From Ginglymostoma cirratum (Eukaryota), in NCBI GenBank assembly GCA_024137785.1, contig JAHRHZ010000267.1, forward strand, positions 8,387,342 to 8,451,341: DNA of 64,000 bases. Direction: 5' to 3'. Position 1 is the first letter of the stretch, and each line of letters begins with the position of its first letter. A program made the translations under genes and the position numbers. The notes under the pieces are model-generated. The model ran no database searches. It was not told where the DNA came from and was given only the letters and a program-made list of their open reading frames with translations. This document shows, piece after piece, positions 1 through 10,238 of the stretch.

Positions 1-190
1 CCTCTATCCGCCTCCCCCTCTCTCCCTATTTATTTCAGAACCCTCTTCCCCTCCCCCATTTCTGATGAAGGGTTTAGGCCCGAAACGTCAAGTTTTCCTG
101 CTCCTATGATGCTGCTTGACCTGCTGTGTTCATCCAGCCCCATGCTTGTTATCTCGGATTCTCCAGCATCTGCAGTACCTTTTATCTCTG
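1..190 (+). mobile_element. Penelope-like element 3' repeat (pLTR) fragment
   Basis: Same family as the repeats at 14875-14965, 17670-17725, 26695-26815, 44730-44865, 46365-46462, 49690-49990, 60832-61057 and 61295-61370; contains a CTGATGA...GAAAC core. Confidence 0.65.
58..93 (+). ncRNA. Minimal type I hammerhead ribozyme motif
   Basis: AUUU-CUGAUGA-A-GGGU(UUAG)GCCC-GAAACGUC-AAGU: core boxes, stem II, palindromic ACGU stem III, GUC site. Confidence 0.6.
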
Positions 191-199
191 ATACAATTA

Positions 200-630
200 T
201 CTTAGGAAAACTAGGGTTGTTTTCTCTGGAGTGGCAGAAGCTGCAGGGAGACATGATAAAAGTTTATAAAATTATGAAATGCATAGATAAGGTTGATGGT
301 CAGAACCTTTCTCCCAGAGTTGAAATGTCTAAATCAAGGGGGCATGCATTTAAGGTGAGGGGGAAAGTTCAAAGAAGATGTGAGGGGCATTTTTTTTACA
401 CAGAGTGTGATAAGAGTCTGGGATGCACTGCCAGGGGTGGTGGTGAAGGCAAATGTGATAGGGGTGTTTAAGAGACTTTTAGATAAGCACATGAGTACGC
501 AAGCAATGGAGGGATATAGACCAAGGGCAGGCAGAAGGGATTAATTTAATTTGCCGTTACGTTCGGTACAATATTGTGGGCAGAAGAGCCCGTTCCTGTG
601 TTGTATCGTTCTATATTCTCTATGTTCTAT
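200..630 (+). mobile_element. CR1/HER1 LINE 3' fragment
   Basis: LGLFSLE...GDMIKVYKIM...RGHAFKVRG C-terminal motif; (TTCTAT)n tail. Confidence 0.85.
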
Positions 631-685
631 GTTATATTTCAAAGCAGTTTCAAATCTAATCTCGTATTCCTTGTTCAATTTTAAG

Positions 686-853
686 GTGTGGGGGTAAATA
701 TGGTTCTACTTGAAGCAATTGACATCATTTCATATACTTGCATCCTTGCCTACAGTCTGTACTACCTGTTTGCTTCCTTCTAATTGCCCCTACCGTGGGC
801 AGACTGCTTCAGTTGGTGGGGAGCAGATGAAACATGCAGCAGGACTCCCAAAG
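686..853 (+). pseudogene. SLC6A14: SLC6A14-like copy A exon 4 (TM3-EL2) with in-frame stop
   Basis: ttaag|GT...AAAG|gtacag, 168 bp, phase 1-1; GVGVNMVLLEAIDIISYTCILAYSLYYLFASF*LPLPWADCFSWWGADETCSRTPK. Confidence 0.88.
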
Positions 854-3109
854 GTACAGTGATCAGTTCTATTGGAGAAAGTATAGACACCGATTGTTCA
901 CTATTCATTCTGTCAGTCCAAGCGAGGGAGAGACATGGACTATAGGTTCCGGGAATGTACAACAGGAAGTCTTGGATAGACATCAGCAGCAAGAATATTA
1001 TTACTGAGTCACCGGACTTCCAAGGATAATCTATCATAACTTTATTGTTTGAATACAGGGAAAGCTTTATTGAAAATAATGATCATTTATTGTAGGGAAT
1101 TCAATGCACTTTGGGTTGTAAATGTACCTTGGGTTGCAGTCAGAACAGGCAGTTATAAATTGTCTGATTTCTGACCTGAATTCCAACTTTTTCATCAACT
1201 TAAAATTGCTGGACTAATAACTTTGTGATACCAGTCTTCAGGTAAGAAATTGCAATGCACAGTTTCTCTACACCCAGTTGAGTTGAGATGCAAGCTTCTT
1301 GCTGCCTGCCCATCAACACGGTTGCTAGGATCACACTGAGTTTGTGACACAGGAACAGGCAACTTAGTAACTGAAATTCTTCAGTTCAGCTGGGGAGAGA
1401 GAGGGTTGCAATGGAGCTGTGTAAGTGTAGGGCGGCCCGATATTTGTTCCCCTCATGTAAAGCTGGCATTTTGTGCTGTTGAGTAAAAGGTACTCTGCTG
1501 GCTTGGTCCCTCTAAGGCATGCTGCTGTGTGATAACACTGTACAACTACGATGGTCATGGGCAAAATACGATTGAATGACTGTGCCCTGATGGGTCAGTG
1601 AAAAAAGGGTCAGTGGAAGAACCAATGTTCTGCATGCACTGTCTAACAATCAGTTCCTGAGGTATTATGCTACGCCAGGCAGCTAAACTGCAGAATACTA
1701 GCAGAATCTTGCCAGAACTGGCTGCCAACATAAAAAAAAGTCGTTTCTTGCCTTCAGAGCAGCTGCATTCTCTCTCTCTTTCTTTCTGTCCCTGTGTTTC
1801 AGTATTGAAAAAAAAAGCTGTTTCTTTTCTGTGTCGGGTTGTCAAAGCTGTCATTTGATTTTCCGTCAGTTTTGGGTTCGGGTCTGTTCCTCATGACATC
1901 CCAGTCTCCGGGCAGAGACATAGAGTTCCCACTATTCTCCTATCAGGAAAATTTTGTTTTTTTTAAACAAAAGAAAATTTGTAAAACATAACCGTGACGT
2001 AAAGTCCGCATTTGTAACCATTCCACCACCTGTAACTGTGATACTGTTATGTTAGAATCCAACATTTTCCCATCAGGTTAACTGGTCTATTGTTACTCTG
2101 TTTTTTTTTAACCTGCTATATGTTTCTTAAACAGCAGGGCTATATTTGCCAATTCTAAAATGTCTGTCAAATTCCTATTTCACCCTGCATCTGATGGGCA
2201 CATTTTTATTTCATCTAACTGCTTCAGAATCATACACACACACAAAAACATTTACAAACTGTTTCCATGTCTCTCTTGCCAGCCGACTCTCATTCTCATT
2301 TTTCTTTCCTCATCCTTTGCTGAAGTCTATAATGCTCCAACCCTCCATTCACAACCTTTTTGGGCAACATTATAGGATTTTAGCTTTCATTGAATATGGT
2401 CTTCTGTCTTTTAGCCACAGTTGGGCTGCACTTTCAGTGTAGTGTTTGTGCCTTAAAGAAATTCATATTCATTTATGAATTATATACTATATATCAGATT
2501 ATGCATTAATTTATATTCATCATGGATTGTCTTTAAATTCTGGCCATTGCTTTTTTACCATCTTAACTTTAATTGAATTTCCCAGGCTACCTTAGCCCAC
2601 CTGCTGCTGTTTAGATATACGACCCTAGATTATGGCCATCATTAAAGTGTTTTCACACTCAGTGTGAAATTATTTCATATTACAGTCAGTCTTCCCTAGA
2701 GACTCCTTAGCCCTTTCACATTAGTTAGTACTTGATCCAAAATGGCCTCCTGTTCCCTCAGTGGCTCATCAACATACTGATCCAGAAAACTACCTTGCAC
2801 ACTTCCTCTGTTTGTATCCTCCATAGTGTTACTGCCAATAATGTTTGCTCAGTCTCTATGAAAATTAAATTTGCCCCTGCTAACTATTACACTAATTATG
2901 TGGGCTACTAATTTCCTGACATTCACTCAGCGCTACATTGCAGCTACTGTTGGGGACAGTGTAATAACTTCCACTAGTGCTTTCTACCACTCGATTTATC
3001 TTAGATCCACCCAAACTGATTTTAGTTCTTAATTTCCTGAGGTTAGATTTTTTTTCTGTCTACTGTCATTATCCCAGAGTCCTGTTGTTACTATGGCATT
3101 GATACAATT

Positions 3110-3545
3110 ATAGGTTATAGCGTCATACAACAAGGAAACAAACCCTTCAGTCCAACTCATCCAAGCTGACCATGTTCCCAAACTAAACTAGTCTCACTTG
3201 CCTGTATTTGGCTCATATCCCTCCAAACCTTTCCTATTCTTGTACCTCTCCAAATATGTTTTAAATTTTGTATCTGCACATGCATCCACCACTTCTTCTG
3301 GCAATTCATTCCACATATGAACCAGTCTTTTTGCAAAAAAGGTGCTCCTCGTGTCCTTTTTAAATCTTTCTCCTCTCACCTTAAAAATATGCCCCCTAGT
3401 TTTGAACTCCCCCACCCTAGGGAAAAGACCCTTGCTATTCACCTTGTTTATGGCTCTGATGAATTCAAAAACCTTAGTAATGTCCTCAACCTCCTGCACC
3501 CCAGTGAATAAAGTCCCAGCCTATCTTTATAACTCAAATCTTCCA
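3110..3545 (-). mobile_element. CR1/HER1 LINE 3' fragment
   Basis: LFPRVGEFKTRGHIFKVRGERF...WNELPEEVV. Confidence 0.85.
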
Positions 3546-3823
3546 TTCCAAGCACCTCCCCAGAAAATATAGATTATATTAATAATAATGTTATTAGAGC
3601 CTATATAATTTTCATTTGTACTCATAATTCATCTAATTTGTCCCAAGTGCTTCGTGTATTTGAATTAGTTCTTTTACCGAACACTTCTTCCTACTTCTTC
3701 CTGACACACATTAATCACTAATGCCCTTTCTTTTCCTGTCTTTTCCGAATCCACACATTTCATTTTCATTCGAAACACTGCTCTGTCTCAAAGCCCTGGC
3801 ATTTCCTTTCCTGCTGCTTTTGA

Positions 3824-4170
3824 TTTTTCTAAAGTTATCAGTATGACCAAATATGTTAGCTTTTCTCAGTTATCATGTTTTTCCAAAGTTATCAGTATGA
3901 CCAATTATGTTAGCCTTTGTTATCTCTTCGAGGCTGCTCATCTTCTGCTTCACTTGTTAGCCACAGTTGTTTTCTACCCTAAGATATTGTGCTTTTTCGA
4001 TTATTACATTCATGATTAACTTCTGCCATTATGTTTTCCTAGGACACTCCATCTATTTTATAAATTACCTTTCTACATTTTATATTCTGTGTATTATCTT
4101 TCTATGTATTACTTCATCTACTTTGCGTCCTCTGTATATACTACATATGCACCATTTTATTTTCCATATA
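3824..4170 (-). repeat. ERV 3' LTR, truncated (U3 only)
   Basis: Begins right after the PPT. About 97% identical to the 5' LTR over 310 bp. No counterpart of 12834-12966. Confidence 0.9.
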
Positions 4171-4181
4171 TTCCCCCCTTT
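4171..4181 (-). promoter_or_regulatory. Polypurine tract
   Basis: AAAGGGGGGAA immediately 5' of the 3' LTR. Confidence 0.88.
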
Positions 4182-4416
4182 GAGACCTAATGGTCTCACA
4201 GAGAAAGAAGACAATAAAGCGGGATCCCTCATACTCAAGAAATAGAATATTTAACCCAAAAGCGGGCAGAGACAATAATTAGGGATCAATCGCTTTAAAG
4301 GGTTCCCTCTCCATTCCTGGAGCTCCTGAGCCAAAAACCTGTCCATTAATAACTAGGACAGGAAAAAAGACCCAGTGACCCGTACAATCTAGTCGCGCGC
4401 CTCACACAGGAGTGAG

Positions 4417-6053
4417 TCAAATGCCGTTGGTCAGACAAGGCTGCTGCACTGTATCAGATGTCAGATCACAATAGTAAAGCGGCGGCGCATCTTCCAGTGG
4501 GGAGACGTGTTCCGAGATGGTGGGAACAACCAAAAGTTGTCTTGCAGCAAGACGCACTACAAGAGACTTAATAAGAGGTAAAGCACAGCAAAACGCAAAG
4601 GCAATAATCATCAACACAATACCTATGATAATCCCAATCTTAGCAAACCAAGCTCCCCACGCCCCCAACGCATTAACCAACCAGTCAAAAACTTCATGGC
4701 CAAAACCAGCATTGTCCTTAAGTTCCTCTCTTAGTTTCCTCAACTTATCCATCGCTTTTGTAAACGAACCTCCAGGGCTAGTATTGTGGGTATAAACGTA
4801 CAACAGTGTTCTCCAAACATTACACAAACTCCCCCTTTTTCAGCTAACATCCAGTCCAAGACCTGTCTGTTTTGCCAGGTCATCTTTGTAGTTGCATCCA
4901 ATTGTTCCCCCAGGGCTGAGAGGGCATCATTGGTATAATTAATAAATCGTTGCTGATTGTAATAGATATAGTTGATCCATTCAGCATTTTTGTTAATGCC
5001 GACCTGCGGGAGGAGAGATTCAAACCCTGCAGCGATCTCATTTCGGGCCTTGAATTCATTGGGGATGCCCCGAGGCTGACCTATGCTATCAATACGCACT
5101 GCTGGGTCAGGGGCATACTCCCGTTTTGGGCGGTGTAAGATCGGCTGTGAAAGAGCATCAAATCGGGCTTGGGGTGACACCACGACTTCGTGAAGGAGCA
5201 TCACTCGAGTGCAGAGACCATCCCAGCCAGAGGGAAGTATCGGTCGTAACCCTCCTTCACTTCCACATAGCCACCATGTATCTGCTAACGGGATTTGCTG
5301 AGAGTGCAGGATAGCGCCAAAAGTCGTAGACACGTCAATGTCAATGGTGTTTCCACATAGTCCCGCAAAGTGGCCTACTGGCGCAGAGCCATTGCGTCTG
5401 AAACATTCAAAACTTAAGCCCTTACGTATTTTAAAATCAGCTATAAGAAACGAGTGGGTAATCTCACTAGTAGACCAGAGAGAGTTGCGTCCACACCACT
5501 GTTGGAGTTGTCGCCTCCTTGTGTCATCATATTGGTAGAACGAGGAAGCTTGAAGGAGCAGACACCAAAACGGACACCGGGGCCATTCATATGTTAATGA
5601 TTTAGTTGGGTCAAATGGTCTCCCCGGATTTTGCAGCCGCCATTGGGCAAGTTGGTGTAACCGCCATTGGGTGCAAGTGGATGAATTATAAGGCGTAGGA
5701 ACAACAAAATACGATGGATTTGCCTTATCACATAAGAAACAATCCTGTCTGGCCAACATCGCTGCTGTATAATTTGCCCATTGATACCAATAATTGTTAC
5801 GGGCTCTTGCCCATGCTAGGAAAGTAGGCTCTACACTTCTGATCTCTCTATGCCTTTTAGTCCTCGCAAAACTAACATTATCAGGCCAGTGCTGCCAAGT
5901 CTGCCAAATTAATGGTTTGTAAGTCTGCACATGAATAGGCGGAGCTAGCACCAGCTGGGGGAGCAGCAACTGTCTCTCCCACCCCATCTCCAGCCAGTTC
6001 ATTAGGAGAAGGACTGTCAGCCGTCGATACCGTATCGACCGACCCTGAGTCAT
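4417..6053 (-). pseudogene. env: ERV env, gamma-type, PABLB/HERV-R(b)-like; single frameshift at about 4787
   Basis: CFLC (5730-5741), furin site RPKR (5121-5132), IDSIGQPRGIPNEFKARNEIAAGFES...INKNAEWINYIYYNQQRFINYT, ISD WQNRQVLDWMLAEKGGVC, CX6CC. The membrane anchor IGIIIGIVLMIIAFAFCC is in the next frame (4417-4827). Confidence 0.92.
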
Positions 6054-9000
6054 CAGTGTCTCCAAAAATCTCACTTACCAATTGGTCAAAATCCCCCCCG
6101 TGGTGAAACAGCTACCTGTTCGTCTGGACTGGCTGTGGCTGTTGACCCTTCCCCTGTACTCACCTCAGCATCGGAGTCAGGCTGTGCTGGTGAAATGGCT
6201 CTAGTACAATGATTAAGATGATACCACGTATGTCTTCCCTCCACTTGAATAGCAGTGGGTGACGCCTTGACCACTGTGAAGGGTCCTTCCCGTCTTGGCT
6301 CGTTCCACTTCCTTCGGAAAACTCGCACGTATACCTGATCTCCGGGTCGGATGGGTCCCTCCTCTTTATCAGGTACCGGCTCTTTTTGTTTTTCCTGTGT
6401 GTAGATAGACTTGTGTATCATAGTTCGTTGCTGCATATACTGCTTAAGTTCTCTTTCCAACTGTTCCAGGCTGGGGCCTTCGTAGGGACCCCTCCACTTG
6501 GGTACCGGCATGGGCCTACCAGTAAGCATTTCATGTGGAGTTAGATTTGTCATGCGGTTAGTTTGCATGCGGTAACTCATCAGTGCTAACGGCAGTGCAT
6601 CTATCCAATTAAGATTAGTACTTGCACAAATCTTATTCAGTTTAGCTTTTAAGGTTCCATTAATCCTTTCCACCATACCTTGTGATTGTGGATGATAGAC
6701 ACATCCAAACCTTTGTTTAATTCTTAAGGCCTGCAGCACCAGCTTGACCACTTTTTGGATGAAAGCAGACCCATTGTCTGAACTGATCTCTGAAGGTATG
6801 CCAAACCGCGGAATAACTTCATTTGTTAGAAACTTCACTACTGTCCCTGCCCCTGTATCCTTTGATGGAGTCGCCTCCACCCACCTACTGAACCTGTCAA
6901 TCATACCAACATATATCGTTTCCCCCTTACTGTTTTTATCATGTCCACATAGTCAATTACCAAATGTTTGAAATGTCCTTCAGGTACTGGTATGTGTCCT
7001 ATAGGGGTTGTAATTCCCTTTCTAATGTTGTTTTGTGCACACACCTCACATTGCAACAGCATATAATCCACTGAAGCTTGTAAATAGGGTGACCAAAAAC
7101 CATCCTTCTTTATCTTCCTCATTACTTCTCCTCTAGCACAATGATCTAACCCATGTGCTTCCGAAATAAGGATTGTCAGCAAACGGGTGGGTGCAACCCA
7201 TAAGCCCTCTTCCGTGCTCCACACACCTTCTGGGTTCTGCCTGGCCACCCCTTTATTTCCACAATGTTTGTTCTGCTAGGGTGGCCTTATTCTGAATTTC
7301 AATAACGTCAGCTATGGTGGGCTCTGGGTCTAAGCTTACCTGGGGTGCAATAACAGCTGAAGTGCAGCCAGAGGCCATCCTCGCTGCTTCATCTGCGGCC
7401 TGGTTGCCTTTTATGACCATGTCACTCCCTTTCCTATGTGCCTGGCATTTAATAACAGCTAGGGCCTTTGGTTTCATCATGGCAGTTGTCAGTTCCACGA
7501 TCTGCTGACAGTGCTGTATGGGATCTCCGTTACTTTTCCTAAAGCCTCTTTGTTTCCATACTGCCCCAAATAGGTGGCATACCCCATGAGCATAGGCAGA
7601 GTCAGTGTATATGTCTGCTTTCTTACCTTCCATCAACTCACAAGCTGCTGTCAGTGCCTTAATTTCAGCCAGTTGTGCTGAACAAGGTTGTGGGCAAGTT
7701 TCCAGTTTGATGGTTTTAAACTGGGAGTGTTCATACATAACAACAGAGAATCCTGCATGATTCCTGTCATAGTCCCTATAGCATGAACCATTTACAAATA
7801 AAATCATTTTGTCTTTGTCAGACAATGGCTCAGACTGTAAATCAGCCCTTAATTTAGCAAACGTGGTTACTTCCCTGACACAGTCATGTGGCTCCCCTTC
7901 GTACTCTAATGGGACATAGTCTGCTATATTCCTTGTGCTGCATCTCTGTATAGTAATGTCTGGGAATGTCAATAACATTCTGTATGCTAGTATTCTAGCA
8001 GGTGTCAATACAAACTGTCCTTTCTCGAGCAACTCTACTACTCTATGGTGTGTATGTAGAGCAACAGGGTAGCCCATTGTCACCGAGGACGCTTTCTCAT
8101 AAGCAAAATGCGCTGCTGCTAGTCCCTGATAGCATGGTGGATAACCCTGCACTACTTCATCCAGTCGGGTACTGTAATACGCAATAGGCTGCTTAGGCCT
8201 TCCTACGCCTGCTTCTTGCGTGAGTACTGCAGCTGCATATCCTCCCTGTCTATTGGACACATAAAGATGAAATGGTCTCTCATAGTCAGGCAAAGCCAAT
8301 GCTGGGGCTGACTGTAGTGCCTGTTTGAGAGTGTTAAAGGCTGTTGCAGCCTCCTCATTCCATATTAACTCATTTTTCAGGTGTGAGTGTCCAGCTTCCT
8401 TCATTATTCTCCTCAGGGGTGCCGTAATCTCGGTGTATTCCCCTATCCAATCTGAGCTAAATCCTGCCATTCCTAAGAAGGTCATCATCTGTCCCACCGT
8501 CTTAGGTCTAGGGGCTCTTGTGATTGCCTCTATCTGATTTGGGGCAATCATCTTGGTCCCTTGGGAGATCAATCTACCCAAATATTCAACCTGCTGCTTG
8601 CAAAACTGTAACTTTTTTCTGGACACCTTATGCCCTCCACTGGCTAGCTTTTCCAGGAGGAAAAGGGTATCCTGCTCACATTGCTCCTGGCTTTCTGAGC
8701 AGACCAAAAGATCATCAACATATTGGATTATCGTACTTTTCAACATCATGCCCTCTAAATCTGCCTTTAGGACTTGATTGAATACATGTGGTGAGTGTTT
8801 AAACCCCTGCGGCATTCTGGTATAAGTATATTGCTGGCCCCTGTACGTGAAAGCAAACAGATACTGGCCGTGTTGTGCCAGTGGAATACTGAAGAAAGCA
8901 GAGCACATAAATCAACAACTGAAAACCAAGCTGTCTGCGCGGGCACATTGGTTAGTAATGTATGAGGGTTTGGAACCACAGCTGGCCAATCCTCTACCAC

Positions 9001-10238
9001 TTCATTTACTGCTCTCAAATCATGCACAAGCCTCCATTTTGATCCATCTGCCTTGAAGACTGGTAGTAATGAAGTGTTGCAGGGACTACTTGTTTCCCTA
9101 AGTACTCCTGCTTCCAATAATCCCTGTATTGTTGCTGCTATCCTTCCTCTGCTTCCGGTTTTAGGGGGTATTGTGGCCTTCTAGGTGGGATAGCCCCTTT
9201 CTTTAACCTTATTTCTACTGGACTTGCTGACATCACTTTCCCCACATCAGTACCATGCTGGGACCGTAACATAACTGGCAATGTATCCAATCGTCCATCT
9301 CTTTGTTGCTCATTTTCTTTAGCTATGACTGGCATAACCGTTGGGGAGTCACTTCGACCTCTTTTGGATTTCCCATCATGTTTATGCATACTGCAATTTT
9401 AACATAATCATTGCTCCTGGACTTCCAGATGCCTGACTCTGTTATTCGCCAGTCACTGATTGTTTCTGCTTTCTTTATCATGGGGCCTAAATCTTTGGAT
9501 TGATATCCCTCATTTACCAACAATGTCACATGAGGTGCGGCTCCTGGTACACTGTACCATTTTTCCAGGAATTCATTTTTCCTTATTTGCAACGCCGCTC
9601 CCTGCTGTCCTACTATTATGGCTTCGCTTGTCAAATGCTGCTGGGTGACAACTGCATCATGCCAGCGTCTTTCTAATGTTTCATCCTGGGTTTCATCAAA
9701 TATTACTGTACAATGCAGTTCAGACTTGGGTGGTTTAGCTTTGGGTATTAATGTTAACACTGCTGTTTTCCATTTTCCCCAAATGTTCCAGATATAGCAC
9801 TCAATGTCTCCTATCCAATATACATTAGCATTTTCTACTTTCTGCATTACTAGCTGAATACTGGCTTGCTCTACACTTACCCCCTGCTCAGTGCATTCTA
9901 ATCTCAGTTCTAACTTCAGTAAAGCATCTCGACCTAGCAAATTAATTGGTGTTCCTTTAGACACTAATATAGGCAAGAATATTTCTCTGCCTTCCATTTT
10001 TAAACTCACTGGAGCTGTAAATCGTGTTAACTGTGATTTACCCTATTGTTTTAACAAATTTTCCTGACATGGGAAGGTGGGAGGCATATTGCGGTTGCAC
10101 GCAAGTGTAAGTTGCCCCAGTGTCTATCATTAGTGGCGTCAACCGTCCCTCTAAACTAACCTGTATAATAGGTTCCTGTTCGGCCTCCCTTGTTATCATG
10201 GGATATTGTCCCTTCCCATCTGGGTTCTCTGGGCACCC
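5881..10238 (-). pseudogene. pol: ERV pro-pol (PR, 2H domain, RT, RNase H, IN), split by about seven small indels
   Basis: In frame with gag after TAG-G. PR MIDTGATY (DTGA 10113-10124) and NLLGRD; RT MPQGF and QYVDD (8711-8722); RNase H FVNGS/SAQLAE/YTDS/GNQAAD; IN HHCC and IDY-SDNG-MVER. Acidic tail to 5881 if the G7 run at about 6096 is a 1-nt insertion, otherwise it ends at 6086. Confidence 0.93.
9400..9830 (-). other. 2H phosphoesterase (CNPase-like) domain inside Pol, between protease and RT
   Basis: Paired HxT motifs ELHCTVIF (HCT 9707-9715) and APHVTLLV (HVT 9524-9532), 61 aa apart, resembling CNP LHCTT / AHITL. Confidence 0.82.

Noticed and set aside
1340-2050. Possible additional LTR-like remnant
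   Set aside because: No clear TG...CA termini, TSD or second copy in the window.
3824-3914. 54-bp repeat (and the 42-bp repeat at 59686-59848) as CRISPR-like arrays
   Set aside because: Vertebrate DNA, no unique spacers, no cas genes; these are simple tandem repeats.
3967-4245. Hydrophobic + strand ORFs at 3967-4245 and 13119-13361
   Set aside because: They are antisense readings of the T-rich LTR U3, duplicated only because the LTR is duplicated.
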